From: Takakia lepidozioides
Lineage: Eukaryota; Plantae; Bryophyta
Assembly (NCBI GenBank): GCA_030704615.1
Contig: CM060733.1
Coordinates: 930,001 to 994,000 of the forward strand
Direction: 5' to 3'
DNA length: 64,000 nt
The stretch's first letter is position 1; every line of letters starts with the position of its first letter. Made by a program: the position numbers and the translations under genes. The notes under the pieces are model-generated. The model was given only the letters and a program-made list of their open reading frames with translations, made no database searches and was not told the DNA's origin. Below are positions 1 through 14,800 of this stretch, piece after piece.

Positions 1-840
1 ATGCGTGGAAAGAAGGAATCAGGGTCCACACCCTGCTTTGCAACATAATAAATCTTTAGTACTACAGTGGCCATGGATTGAAGTTTCTCGATCTAGCCAT
101 GTAAGAACTACGATCCCTTCAAAGGTTGCACTCGCTGCTACACTCAAAGCCCAAGTTAGCCCATACTTCTGCTCTGAGATTGCCAACTCGTATGTGTGGG
201 TGTGACCTACGTACAAGAACTGAGTGATTCCATACTTGAAATCCAATCCGAGAATGCATGAATTCAGAGATTGATTTGTATTCGTGACTTACAGGGTGAC
301 CTACAGAGCTCCGTAACGCAGCTCAGTCGAACCCAACAGTCTTCGAATACAAAATTTTCTGGTTAAATTAGTTCTAGTCTTCGTACATAACGTTGTAAGA
401 TGTCGAAAGTTGCAGGACCTGCATTGTACATATATTCAATGTGGAATCTTGAAATGTGTGCGAAGAGGGTTTAGTAATGTGACACATCCCCAATCATGTC
501 GAGATTACCTGTAATGTGCCCATGTACCAAGATGAAGCAGGGGCTTCCCATGCATCGGCAATGGTGAGATGACACACAGCTAAGTACTGCTCACGTTGTC
601 TCTCTAAAACTGAACTCTTAGATGTATACTATTACGTTCACTCTACAGCCAGATACGCGCATAATCTTTAGCGGTCGAGATAAGTGTGTTCTATGCAGGT
701 CCTTCGTAAATACTTAGTATACTTCGAGGACTAAAGTGACTATCAACTAGCAACCTGTGTTTTCCAGGCTCTCTAAAGTCTCTCCCTCTCTCTATGTTCT
801 GATTCAGCACGGTATAGAAAGACGTGTCTCAACTCCATCA

Positions 841-1107
<267 letters not shown>

Positions 1108-1884
1108 TCAACAGTCCTACTTGAGAAACCACAAAACAGAGCTGGAACCAGAAACGATTACTTGAAGTCACATAAAGTGCATTTCAATCAAAGTGGAGAG
1201 TGATGCAGGGATCGTGTCCATCTGGAATGAAGCCATCTTGCCTCCTGTATGCCCCAGCGACGGAGTGGCCCTACCTTTACAAGTGATAACTTTGCCGATC
1301 GTAGACTCGCTCTCATTGATGTGACCCATGCTGCACTTGCAAGTCATCTGTTCGATCACCTCTATTGCGTTCGTTCACATACTCCCTGATCACTGTCTCT
1401 CATCTCTCACACACACACTCTACGCAGGCGCCCACAAGGCACAATGTCTCCTCCTTCCACACGTCTGTCTTATCTATGAATCTCACCTGTGTATAGCCAT
1501 TGTCTTATTAAAGCGCCTGACTGTGTGGAGAGTGTGTCAGACTCTCAGGACACTGTGAACTGGCAGTTTGACGGGTAAAGTGCAAAGTGTCGAGCTGCGA
1601 GGACAGACCCACCTGCTCACAATGCACAGTAAACATCAAGGCCCATCACTGTGCGGATGACTGCCCACCAGTACACCAACACGGGGCAGCTTCAATTGCG
1701 CCCACTCCGTTGTATGTACGTCCATCACAACCTCGGAGCCCCCTCCTGTGGAGGAGGTGGACGGTGCCAGGATATTAAGGCACCACATTGGGGATTCATA
1801 GATCCCATAGAGCTTGCCAGTTTTAACGTACATATGTCGCAATAAGGGTTGGTAGCACGTGAGTAGCGTGTGAGCATAATAGAT

Positions 1885-3054
1885 GCCGTTGGCCCAAGTG
1901 TCAAGTGTCATCTAAGCCCAAGTGCAATCTCCTATGTATGCAAGTGCGTCTCCTATGTCTAGGCCCAAGTGCGACCTCTAGGGTAGCCTCTGCGTTGGCC
2001 CAAGGGTCCAATGTCATCCAAGTCCAAATGCATTTTTTCTTCCATAGAGCCTACGACCAGATTTGAACCGGAGACACTTCCCTTGATATCTCTCCTCTGG
2101 AAGCTCCAACCATTGTGCCAGGAATTCTCACTTTGCTATATTTCGGGAATTTCCAACGACCCAAAGTACTTGAAATTCCACATCTCCTATAGAGCAGGTC
2201 CAAAAATCGTGAGACCAAGCCTTTGCACCCCTCCTTGTCGAGGGCTTTCCAACTGGACAAAGCACTCAGGGTGGGGCCCCCCAGTTTGGGACATCTCAAA
2301 TCTACAAAACAAACAAAACAAACGTCTCGCTTCACATATTGATTTCACATATAAGTTCTAAGAATATCTAGAGAATCAATGTCTATTTCAATGTCTGTTC
2401 TTAGAACTCATATGTGAAATCAATATATGAAGCGAGACGTTTTAGACGTTTGTTTTGTCTGTTTTGTTTTGTAGCGTCGGTGAGATCTCCCAACCAGGGG
2501 GCCCAACCCCAGTGCTTGGTACCCCTCGATGAGGATGCGGAGGGGTGCACCGGCTTGGTCTCATGATTTTTGGACCTGCGGTCTGGGAGATGTCGAATTC
2601 GGAAATTCGTGAAAAATAGCAAAATGGGCTTTCCTAGAGCAATGATTGGCCCTTCATGTGGGAGAAGTATTTTTGGTCACAAAATTCATGAAAATAAATA
2701 AATTAGTAAAGTGGGCTTTCTTGGGCCAATGATTAGATATATCAATATATGAAGCCTCGATATGAGATATATCCATATATGGAACGTCCATAGGAGATGC
2801 AGTTGGACTTGATGACATTAGACATTGGAGGTCACACTTGGGCCTCTAGATATATAGGAGACGCACTTGGGCTTAGATGGGCCTCAACATAGGAGACGGA
2901 TACATAGGAAATTGCACTTGGGCTTAAAATTCACAGGCTACCCTAGAGGTTGCACTTGGGCCTCGACATAGGAGACGCTCTTGGATACATAGGGGATTGC
3001 ACTTGGACTTAACTGATGACATTGGACACTTGGGCTAACGGCACAGGCTACCCT
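1885..3054. mobile_element. Foldback/MITE-like non-autonomous element, probably PIF/Harbinger-related
   Basis: GGGTAGCCTCTGCGTTGGCCCAAGGGTCCAATGTCATC (1981-2018) is inverted to GATGACATTGGACACTTGGGCTAACGGCACAGGCTACCC (3016-3054). GCCCAAGTGC/CTCCTATG subrepeats lie on the left and their complements on the right. An inner inverted repeat pairs ~2140-2364 with ~2397-2610. Confidence 0.65.
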
Positions 3055-4293
3055 AATATATTATGGTGAAAAGAGAATGTGTTCATGTGAGAAAAATTGC
3101 AAAATTATCATTTGCAACTCTATGTTGGATGGATGAGTCGTATCTAGTATTGGTACACCGACTTCCTTGCATAGTTGTGTAAGATACTTATCCGCGAAAA
3201 CAAATTGTTTGGCATCCTTTTTGTTTTCCTTGTTGTTCATCAACCAACCCAAATCTTGTGTGGCTCTCAAATCCCCAAATCTTGGGGGGGTGGACATAGG
3301 GTAGGACAGCGGATCTGGGCCACATCTCTCTTGGGGATTTGAAAGTTGAGGCCTGTGATCCACAAAAAACCTGGGGTAAGAATTTCACTTGTTGTTATGA
3401 AGCAAAGTTCCAAAATTTGCCCTTGCCCCTACCGGATTACACAAATGCCCCAAGTTGAGGGCTGTAATCTGCAATCACTTGTGATGCAATTCAGTGACAA
3501 GGTATTGTGCTTGAAATGTCTAACACTTATATATTTACAAACTTGGGAATTTTTGAGTAATGTAATACCTAGATAGATTTAATCAAAACATTAGGATTTC
3601 CAAACAATATTACACCCAATTGTTTCCCAAAAAAGTGTTTAAAAAATGGCATCTAGGTCTAGATCAGTACAAATGAGAGATACCCAATGTACAGATATTA
3701 TCATTTTGATTTGATACTTCATGGTTCGGGCCTTTATTGGCTCATCTTTAGAATAAAGAGGAGGCTACGCATCATTGTCAAAAATCGCTAAGCCCCTCTT
3801 GTGCCTTCCTCGGGCGTTACCTCCTCTCCTTTACTGAAAACTACTTCGTCATATATTTCTCAAGGGGTAATACCTCCCTCAGCTAACATCTTTCTTACTG
3901 AAAAATAAATAGATATATTTTCAGGTTTATTATGGATAAAAGTAGAGTTCACTATTCGCAAAGAGGAGCCATATGCGTCTAGCCGCTTGTTTACAAATAT
4001 AAACATTTGAAAATTACAAGAGTATAAAAACACTAAAGAAAACAAATATACAAATCTAAAATGCATGCACGTTCCGACGGGTTCTAGAAGATACGGGGAT
4101 GTCCAGAACCTATTCAGCAACAAGAGTATGCATCGGAGACTGTGTACCAAATCTATAGAATCGGACGACCCCGATTCAACAGTAGCCTTGTCTACAAGTT
4201 CAGTAGAGTACAATTCCCGCAAACTGGAGCTAGTTGTACCACATTCAAAGAAAATCTGTACTACATCCACCATTTCCAACACATGCGGTTCGA

Positions 4294-4869
4294 TCATTGT
4301 CTTCCAGATCGAGTGAGCTCTGTTACAATCCATGCCACTATTCTTAAATGGAACAACTCAAGATGTTGCAGATAAAATTGACCAAATTTTAACATGTTGA
4401 AGAAAACACTTGGCAGGGCGGTATCAAGTTGTCTAGGTATTGGTCTAGAATGTAACTCGAATGTAAAGGACAACAATTATTCTAGGGGCCCAGACCTTCC
4501 GTTTCGATTTCCCATAGCTGCAGACCAGGGGAATATGTTGATGTTGAATCCTTGAGGATGAGGATTGAAAGAGAGGGCTCTTTCTGCCGCCTCTTTTGTC
4601 TCTAGAAGGATGGAGAGCCTTTTCCCTTGGAATGGCAAAATTGCTGTTTCAGATCGCCAGAACCCCTCATGCATTGGTGTGTTTCCTGAAAGAAATTGCA
4701 GACACCCATTTTCCATCTGTCCTGGGTTCCTCGTCTGTGCGCGGTGTGCCAGAAAGAAACCCATACCCGACAAAGGTTGAGATCTGTGAGTTGTTGGGAG
4801 CCTGTTGTAATCATATTGCACCCGGTTCTTGGACGATCCTCTAAAGGATCTGTTCCCGAATGGACCCAT
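4294..4869 (-). pseudogene. Degraded LINE (L1-like) ORF1 fragment
   Basis: Peptide ...RLSILLETKEAAERALSFNPHPQGFNINIFPWS resembles the DUF4283/RRM-like region of plant L1 ORF1 (motif ending in PW); reading frame broken. Confidence 0.35.
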
Positions 4870-5931
4870 TGAAAAGGTGCTACACCTGCCTCAGAGGCGA
4901 GAGAAGGCTAGGAAATATTTGGAACAGAAGCTCAAATGAGTGAAATGAGAGACCAGTTAAGAGAAATGAGAGAATAGCATGAGAATTGCGAGTTAACGCT
5001 TAGATAGGAGTGAGGGAAGGAGTTGAGTGGAGCTATGAAAGCAACCAAAATGGCACAGACTGCGAGGGCGTGAACCTCACAACGAGCCTTTGGAGAGAGG
5101 ATGAATGAGAGCTGTAAATAAGAGGAACGGAGAGTGGAGATCGGGCAATACAGGGGTGGAACAAGGCAGTGAAAGGATTCAAAGAGAGTGTTGAATGGTT
5201 GCAGTTGTCATTGCATTCAGCAGTGGTTGTCGGCAGACATTTCAGAGGGAGATGAATGAGGGGAGGTTGATAGACTATGAGGAGTGGTGGGAAACCGAAG
5301 AGTATAGCTGCATGGTGGCTGAGAATAAATCGAGTTGATAATTGATCAGTCCACAAGTAGAGCCATCTGAGGTGGTCGGGAAGGGATGAAGGCTGAATAT
5401 TTCATTAGACTATCATTTTCATGAGATCTCATTAAGCCATGAAGGGAACGAGAGAAGACGAAGGGTTTATGTCCCTTATTCTGGTGGGAAGTTTGCAGCG
5501 ATGAATGTACCCAAACATTACTGGCCAGTGGAAGGGGGGGTGTGGTGTGAATCCGAGCCTAAGGAAACCGGGATTTCTAAGCTAGGGTCTGGAAATCCAG
5601 TGAAGATGGGTTGCAAGAGTGATCAGAAAAGTTATCAATGCAGATGTAGAAACACGTGTGTCTTGCTGAAGGAAGCAAGGGGGAGCGTAGAGGTTCGCAT
5701 AGCATTCAGAAAATCCGAAACCTCGGAGGTGAGAGGGACGAAGGGGCCGTTGAACGTCTCTCTCACACTAGTCCCTCTATCTCACCGCAAACCACGGAGC
5801 TACATTGCGCCTTCTCACATCACTATCTATTTTTTACCAAACTTCACGGAGGCCCCTGTTATTCAATGAGGAAAAATAATCTTGCCAAGGCCTCAAGCTC
5901 AAACAATGGGGGGAATTTGGCAATGGTTTTT

Positions 5932-6731
5932 AGCGTGAGCACATTCTCGTTTCGCCATAATATATTCTTTGTATATTTTTAGAATATATGGAATATCCTA
6001 GTTTCCTGGAGTGTTCATGCTCACACGCAACCCGACCCAACCTCCATACCAAGAGCACCCTCGACTCCCTAGAATTGTGTTTCTAACCAGGGCTAGGTAA
6101 TTTACAATAGCATATGTCCACTCATTCTGCTTCAAAATGATTCCTTAGAAAATGTCCATAAAAATAACAAATAAAAATGAGTATAACTGCTCAGGCAATT
6201 CTGTTGCAAAAGTTTTTGTAACAAATTTTCTTCGAGAAGCATCATTTGGATACCTAAACACTGGTACAGAGTTAACCAGTGGCTTTGACAGATACCAACA
6301 TTTTCTCTTTTTCTTTTTATATCACAAAGGACGGGCATGACTTTGGTCAACTTTCTAGATGTTTCCCTAGAAGAGGTTACCGCTTTTTTCGCTTTGTGAA
6401 GAAGATTAGAAGGGCACATTAACATAGAACCATTTTTTTTAAATGGATACCAAAAATTTGGTACGTAGTGGTGGGGTGCGATAGGACTTAGTGGTACCTA
6501 GTGGTGGGGTAGGATCTTAGGGACTCAAGGTGGGCGTTGGCGGTATTCTCATGGGGGGCCAAAACTAGGGCGACGAGTGGGCTGACGCCGGAAATCCGCT
6601 CGCGAAGGGTGCTCTTACGAGGTTTTAGAGCATGTGCGCAAGCTCACGCCTCACTGAGCATGCTCATGATATGTGAAATTCCAAGATTATTCTTTGAAGA
6701 TACTTAGGCGAAACTGAAATGTGCTCACGCC
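5932..6731. repeat. Degenerate inverted repeat pair (MITE-like remnant)
   Basis: GCGTGAGCACATTCTCGTTTCGCC (~5933-5956) vs GGCGAAACTGAAATGTGCTCACGC (~6707-6730); TGCTCAC/GTGAGCA motifs recur nearby. Confidence 0.4.
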
Positions 6732-9119
6732 AAACTTTTCGAAATGTTTGCTCAGGTGAGCACAAGGCACACATCTAGGGCTTGGGGGATTTTCTGTTAG
6801 GGCCAACTCCTTAAATGATGCCCGATGATTAATTGTGGTATTTTTTATCATATGATGTTGTCAATAATAGCACTCCCTAATATGCAAAAGTTGTCACTTT
6901 CCATTTTGTTTCACGCACGAAATTGTTGGATATTGACCTACCATAACAATCACGTAACATTTTGTTCGCAAAATAAATTAACTTGATGTCAAGTGACAGT
7001 TCGTCAACGATGATGTCATCCAGTTATCCTTAATAAAATCCTGAAAAATCTAGATTCTTGATTTATTTCATTGGCGAAGCCCGTGGTGTGCTTTACTATA
7101 TTAAAATTTTAATTATTTGTGTGTTCTGGATGGCCCTGTTGGTCACTATTTGTGACTTTGTTTTCCCTATTGTGTTATTCTCTTGCAAAATACCAATTTG
7201 TAAATATATGGAACTTGAAACTTGTAAATATACAGTAAGAGAGTCTATTTGCGTGTAGCAACCATATGTCTCTCCTTCATATTCTATTTTCGTGGAAACA
7301 TGGGTACCCTATTGCCGTTTATTGTGCTCGCGCCTCCATTTTTCTGCGCTCACATGAGCTATGCTCACAGGTGTGCTCACGTTCTACCAGCCCCCCCTAC
7401 ATTTGTTGGGTCCCTCTCTAACCAGACTATCTTCAAAGACGCAAGCATGTGAATTATAGTAGAATTCCAGGCAGAGGAGATCTGACCCATCGACTTTACG
7501 TGTAAAACATCCTGAAATTTTCTCACATCAACTCACTGTTAGAAAATTTGTAGATTCCTTGGATTTAGCCTACAGCAAAAGAATGAAAGTGAAGTTTTGG
7601 GCTGCCCGTCCTTGACTCATCTTTGGCAAGCTCTCCAAATAACACTACAAAACAGGTACACGAAATACAACTCATCAATGGGAAGGTGGGTGCCATGGTG
7701 GAATTTTCTCTCAATTTGGCCTTGTGTTTTAGGGATTACGATAAGAACGTTTGCCCCAGAAAACAACTGCTGGGGTTTAAGTTGTTTTTGGCCTCCACTA
7801 AACCATTGTAATATCTCAATTTCTGCAGTGGAGTTCTCAAACTTTTTGAGGTGGTAGAGGCCAAGTTACCGCACCTATTATACAGTCAATGTTGATAGAT
7901 ATGTCAATATGGTCGTTTCCAGAGGTGGACATTCCAGTTTCGCTAAAAAGGGCTTGGGAAATTACGGGTTAACTTATTAGACATCCCAGCTGGACAGATT
8001 TACAGAGAAATCTTTGCCAAGCCAAATTCAAATCCACTTGGGGCTATAAAGGCATCCATCTTATGCAGGTAAGCTGGGGTCAATGGCCAGCAGTGGCACC
8101 ACTCATCAGTGCCAACACATTCCAACTCCCTTCCCTGAATTCGAAAGGCTCAGTTTGTATCTGAATCTAGATTAGCTAGTGGGGCGTATCCTGTCGGTTT
8201 AGATCGCTCCCCTGCAGCCCTCTTTACTTCCTCCATTTGTTGTGTAAACACATTTCTCATTGAGCTGCTTAGATTGCCTTGGTGTGGCAGCTCCCCCTGT
8301 TCGTGGATCCATGCAGGGAGTCAACATGGAAAATCACCCCGGGGAACATCTGGAGAGACCGCCTGGCACCCAATATCAGAGAACAGCAAGATTGTTGTTC
8401 TGCTGCATAGCTCCACCTCCAGAGTAAGGGATTCCTGCTAGCTGCCGCATTCTGGTTACAGGGGACTTGCAATACTAACATTGGGAGGTGGCAGGTTCAA
8501 ACAATCGTCATGGAAGACCCTTCCCAAGTCCAGCCTAGGATTTTAGATATCTTGTTTTGTTCATCTGTGACGATGCAAGGGTACCTGATAACCTCAATCT
8601 CTCATAATTGGTTTCAGGTATATATTATCTCATCTAGTTGATATTATGTTGCTGAATTGATACCAGCACAAAACCACCTCAAACTGAACTCATTTTTTTC
8701 TTGCAGGCTTGGCAAGATGTTGCTAGGCACCCAGTGGTTTATGATCAGTTCACTAACGAATGGGCATTAGTGCCCCACTTACAGTTAACTAACTAGATTT
8801 CAATTAAGCTTGGCCATGTACACGAGGGCCTTTGCAATAAGTCTCCTCTAGGTGTTTTTTATTTGAAGAATATGAAGGCCGCTTGACTCCCTTCTACAGT
8901 AAGGCGCAGTAGGAATTGCAGCAGAAAAACAAGAGCTTCAAATCCAAGCAGTTTAGCACTGTGGACAACGCAGTCTCTATAACTCTCTCAACATGCCACA
9001 TATAAAAAATGTGTTCGCTAACAATTGTGTAATCATGCAGCCTTGTCCTTGTTCTACATAGAAAGGGATAGCCAGGTGGATTGCAAACCAACCGTGAGGG
9101 CCACATACTAATGTCGATC

Positions 9120-10428
9120 CTACACCTTGTAGCCAGTGAGCGTGCCACCTCGACCCACAATCTCTCCCACACAGAACCAGGCATAGCATTCACCCAGAAA
9201 TAGAGCAGCAATGCCAACCTCTTCCAGCTTCAAGTCGTTCCGGTTCAGTAGCCTCTTCTTCACATAGTCAGACTCTTTCCATAGAGACTCATACCTCCCT
9301 GGCAAGCTGCACAATGGGTGGAAACATGCCTTCAATTATTCACATCAACGTAAATACCTTCATTCAGACAAACATAGGCTCAACTGACAGAAGAATTGGT
9401 AAGCACCTGCAGACACCAGCTTGACCAGAACTTTGAAACCACATAACCTAATGCACGGGACTTGAGTAACAATGCAAAAGTTTCTAGTCTTCTATTTAAT
9501 TGTATACACCTGGAGTAAGACAATGCTGAAAAGGCCCCTTTATAGCCTCAATTCTAAACACCGGCATCATTAGCTCAGGAGGTCAGCCACAACACAGGAA
9601 CAGGAAGGGGAAGTACTGGCAGTTCAGTGGCCAACGATGGGCTCTGCAGGTATCTGCAGATCACACCCGCTCTTAATAACACCACTGCAACGACTCCCCA
9701 CATGTAAGCAGAGGGATCTTTCCTGCTAGGTCTGAATTTAGGGCACATACAGCAGCCATCTATACCTGCTACATCCATGTTTTCCCTCAAATACCCAGAT
9801 GTTTGTCTCTCACATTTACAAGGCCCTTACTCCATTCATAAGTAGCGAGCCTAGCGCAGATAGTAGGGCACTGTCTGTAAATCTAAACGTGACGCACTCC
9901 AATCAAACCACATATAGACCGTCGGCTGCCCTTCAAAATAGTCCACAATCGAACATGACACCGCACCTAGGTGAGAAAGAGAACAATTACAGGTAGAATT
10001 GATCTACAGAAAGTCAGGAGCAGACCCAAGAACAACTGTCAGATGTAGAACCGTGAGCGGACTAGTAAACAAGCTCCGCGAGTAGGTGAAGAAATCTAGG
10101 GTAAGTGAGCGAACCGAGGAATTGAGAAAGTGGGGGTCGGGGCGATTTAAGCCACCCGTAGGTAGATATGCGTTTTGCACACAGACAGTGCGTGCTTGTG
10201 TGTGTCGATTATTTGAGGGGGATGAAGAGAGGAAGAGAGAGAAAACCTTGCAAGGCGTGTATAGAAGAGTTGCTTGGATAGTTCCTGACATTTCGCCACG
10301 GTGGGCTCTCCAACAATGTATTGCTTGTTTTCCTCAAGCAGCTGCTTGTAGTAGGATGCGCCATGCTTGGACACGATCTCTGATGTCACCGCTACCTTGC
10401 TTTGCAACTGCTTTATCAGGGACGCCAT
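9120..10428 (-). CDS. Mitochondrial ATP synthase subunit g (nuclear-encoded); exons 10428-10247 and 9306-9120, 122 aa
   Basis: MASLIKQLQSK...EPTVAKCQELSKQLFYTRLA-S-LPGRYESLWKE...GIAALFLGECYAWFCVGEIVGRGGTLTGYKV has the plant subunit-g signature (GEIVGR). The GT-AG intron 10246-9307 (phase 2) joins the exons in frame. Confidence 0.95.
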
Positions 10429-11826
10429 GGCTGCACAATCGAGAAGACCCAACAAGGGCAACGAGGGCGGATCCACAGACCAAGCGTGCGCAGAGATCCC
10501 CTTCTCTCTCTCTCTCCCGTAGCGTTCCGCCGACTATTCAGACGGACGAGGCGTGATCAGTCTGCGATTCCTCCTCCTGCCGACTTGTGCCACGTCTTTT
10601 AGGGTGTGTCAGCTGCAATTTAGGGTGCCCGCTAACTTGCCTCCCCTCTACTCTACCTAAACTGTCCACAGTAAAGCTCTTCTCTCTCTCTATAAATCAC
10701 TCCACTGTCCATTCCTGGATCCCCTTCTTCCTGGCTTCAATGCCTGCCCCTTCTCTCCAGCTCTCACTCCCTCAGCTCATGAACATGTACATGTACATCA
10801 CAAACATATGCACTAGGACATGTCTTCTGCAGGCACTGGTCAAAAGTGAGGAGCTAGATTGAAGGTGATTGCATGTTGGATATGCACACTGGCATATGTT
10901 GGATCATACAGTTACTAGAATGATTGCTCCATGGCTGCTTGCACCTGGAAAGCTTGTTGACAGCCTGTGGACTCTGCTTAAGCTTAGGAGCCTGGACTCC
11001 GGATGAATGTCATTGAGCTTCAGGACTCCAAAGAGACTGATGATCCTGAGGCAAGCTTCCTTCCTGCCCATAACTTCGAATGATTGTGCAAATGATGATT
11101 CCATACTGCCAGAAAGTGTGGCACTTGCTGATTGCGGCTACTCACTGTCATTGGACGATTGCCGGCCACCATGAACCGCATAGCTAAAATTGAATGCACC
11201 CTGCTCCATAGGTAGCTGGGGCAAGAAATTTGAAGATGAGAAATCATCTCAATTACAAAGCTCTTGTTGCGCGGGGCTTTCACAAGATCTCCTACACAAC
11301 CTCAAAATGACAAAATGCTATTTGAAAATTGGCTGTGGATACTATCAATGTACAGGGTGGTTGTCATTAAACTGAAGTGAAGCCGGTAATGACTAATTGG
11401 GAAGTTTCCAAGACTGGATACCATTCTTTGGTTTACCCAGTGCACAACGGATAAGTTCCCAACCGTTCTCAACTGACAAGCCCTTCAACTAAAGCTCTTC
11501 GATTGCCACCTAGTTGCTATACTCATTGCACTTCTGTAACACAGCACGTCCTCTTTCAACTTAAAACTAACAAAATGGACCGATGATTCTGATTCATTGC
11601 AATGAACCACACATCTCTGGCAACGTCTTTCCGCAAACTGTTTTTGAGAACCTACATCCAATGTGATGCATGAGGCAAGGTAAGGTAACAGATACAGTTC
11701 TCCTTTCTGGCGAGTGCCTTCCCAGAAAGGGGGATTTAGTTTCCAAGAGCGGAACACTCACCCACAGAAAGTTGTGAGTGCTGGAAAAAGTCTTTCACCC
11801 AAAAAAATGCCAGTAAACAGCAATTG

Positions 11827-14800
11827 TCAGAGTCCGCCCCCTTCGAACACTTTTTCCCAGTCATCCTCGCAGTTATCTGCTTCTGGGGTTCCCACAAGAG
11901 TTGGTGAAGAAATGGCAGCTGATACTGTACCCGGGCCTCCTCCATGGGCAACCCCTCTGTCTGTTGAAGGAACCATGCCAACCCTCCTTCCTCCACCTGA
12001 GCTACTAAGTGTTGATTCAGAGGTATGCCCTGAAGCTTGATGCCTGGACGATGAGGAACTTCCCTGAGACTGCGCAGTACTTGCAATCAGCCCCCCCTGA
12101 GCAAGAGCTCCCCATGGATTATTAGTGGCTATTGGAACCACTTTGTGTTGCCATGCTCCCACTGGATCTTGATTCCCAACTCTTTCTTCATCCCCCCATG
12201 CATCTTCCACCCAGTTTGAATCTTGCATGCCCTTTTTAATAGATGAGCTTTTGGCTCCTGCAAGCCCTGTAGACGGTGGCCCCCAAGCCCCACTCCGAGT
12301 CGTAGAAGATCCTACAGCTCGTGGCAGCCCTGTTGCACCCCGATAGGCTGAAGCATGGTCAACTCGCCGTAGAGCAGTTGCTGCCCGTGCTGCGTCAGAG
12401 AAGATAGCCAGTGCATTTTTGTCATTGAGCCACACAAGTTCGCACTCCCCACCGAATCGCAATACTAGAGTGCTGACATCAGCATCCCTTGGTAAGTCAA
12501 GCAGCGTCACAACAAGGCCTGGCTCCATATCAACCAATGAATTGAAAGGAGGGGCACGCGCCTGCCCTGTTGCCGGGAGGGTTCCACCTTTGGAGAACAA
12601 ACCTCTGGCTGGAACTTTGGACTTTGTAGTCACATGTGCAATCACAAACCGGCGGGGTTCTCGGCCAACTCCAGTTACTGACAGACCCCACCGCTCTGCA
12701 AGCTGGTAGATAACCTCTCTCCTCTCTTTTGACGTGGCACAGAATACATGAAGTCGAAGATTGCCAACGGCCCCGGATCCATTCTTTGGCCCCAGAAGCA
12801 GGTACTTGAAGCGGTCCTCAATTGAGGCGACCCACTGCGGATCCCTTCTAGCAATCTCTGCCAACACTTCAGACCCAACTAGTCCACCTTCCAAGCTGGG
12901 AACTGCTTCCCCAGGAGTGGCTGCCCCAAAAGCATCTGCAAGTATACGTTTCTTCTCAAGCTTTGCACAATCATCGTCACATGCCAGTTTCCGTTGTCCC
13001 AGTGGCACTCTCTCTCTCTCCTTGCCTTCCAAGGGCTGCAATGGACTGGGCAATCTAGACAGGGCCATGGCAGCAGCCTCCGAAGCTCCTCGAGTACTGC
13101 TCCCCCCCGTGTCACAGGGAACCTCCGCAGTCAAACGTCCACACACACAGGTTATTGTCACATTCGCTTTGCATGGGGTCTCTGGGCACGGGGAGGCTGG
13201 ATGGCACACGGCTGCACATGTATGAGAGCAGTCCCTGCGAGGGGCCCCACAAGCTTGGCCACAAGAAGCCTGCCTAGTTGATGGTCTTACTCCACCTCTC
13301 TGAGTGCCCACACCAGGGCTAGCAGCCTCAACCTCCACAGAATCACATGGAGGTAAGTGACAAGTTCGACCACAAGCATGAAACCCACACTGCCTCGTTT
13401 TCCCACAGAGCTTGTTGCATTTTATGTCTCGAGAGCCGCAAGGGACACCCCGCAGCACCACATGATTCCCCACGCACTCTTTCGACACAGGGACTGTACA
13501 AGGGGGACAATCACCAAAATGGCAAAGATGGGTGGCTTCATGACCACATACCTGCAAAGAGCAACATTCAAGGTTGGTACTTGCTGATCAGATTGGCAGT
13601 ACTTTGTTGAGCACATCGACTTTATTTCCAAAGAACAAGCATTTCACGGGAATATATTTACTTGCATCTCAACTAACTAACACATAACTTTGAAGTTTTA
13701 AGAAGTGAATATTCCAGTTGTAAAAACAGTGTATGGAGCGACTTGCATTCAGATTTCTGCTCCCAACAAAAAATGAAGAGATTCAATGCAACTTGCCTGA
13801 GTGATAGAGCAGGGGTACGGACAAGATGGCAGTGGAGTCCCACAGGGCACAGGCGGGGGGATTGATGTTTGTCCACAGGCACATGAAAGCTCTGTGAAGG
13901 TTGTCTCCATGCAGGGCCGGCAGTGGCCCGTATGACACAACTCTTGACAATTGTGCTGCCGGCAGCGAAGTCTTTTGCCACATGGGAGCGTGCAGAGATG
14001 CAGATCAGGAACTCCCGTTATCTCCTCTTGCAAGGAAGCCCCATCTTTTGCAGCTGGACAACACCTGTTAGCACCAAAATAAACGTAGCTTTTAGAGCTG
14101 AAAATCCTAAATCCCTCAAATTTACCAAGGATATCATAAACCGTATGAGCAACTCCTTTGAGCAGTATCTGCGTCAGTGCTGCTTCTGGGGTCAGCTTGC
14201 AAGGGATTCAAAGACACATTCTCAACTTCTCAGAAACAAGATAATTCTAGAGAAATGAATGACAAACTGAAGCTGTAAATATTCTACCCAGAATGCTAAA
14301 GGTTCTACCAAACAATACTGACCTGTTATTGCACCGGTGACGCCCACAATTTTTCTTCTTCTCACACTTCTTATCGCACATGAACAATCCGTCCTCTGCT
14401 TCCTCAGACACTCCATCTCTCAGACCTTCTCTTTCTCCTTGAATCACTTTGTCAACCTTGAGAGAGATATGGCAAGCTACAGTCCGAGACGAAGACCCGC
14501 ACTGACACTTCTGTTCTACTGGAACCAAGCAAGAAGGACAGAGCCCCATGTGACACAAACTGCGACAGACATGTTTCTTGCATGGAAGCAACTTTCCACA
14601 GGCTTGATGGCAAGTGGGAACCAGGTCTGTGCAACTCTGTCTTGGCTTACCAGCTCCTAACAATTCTTTCAACACAGTCTTTCCACAAGGACAACTCTGA
14701 ACAACTGACGGAGAGAGCTCACACTCCCCACAAGAGCCCGGGTGACATTTCTGAGTGCACTTGTGTTTACCACATGGGAGCATTTTGGGGCACTCAAACT

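Noticed and set aside
7440-8900. Possible gene fragment downstream of ATP synthase g
   Set aside because: Some splice-like signals are present, but no coherent frame or recognisable motif.
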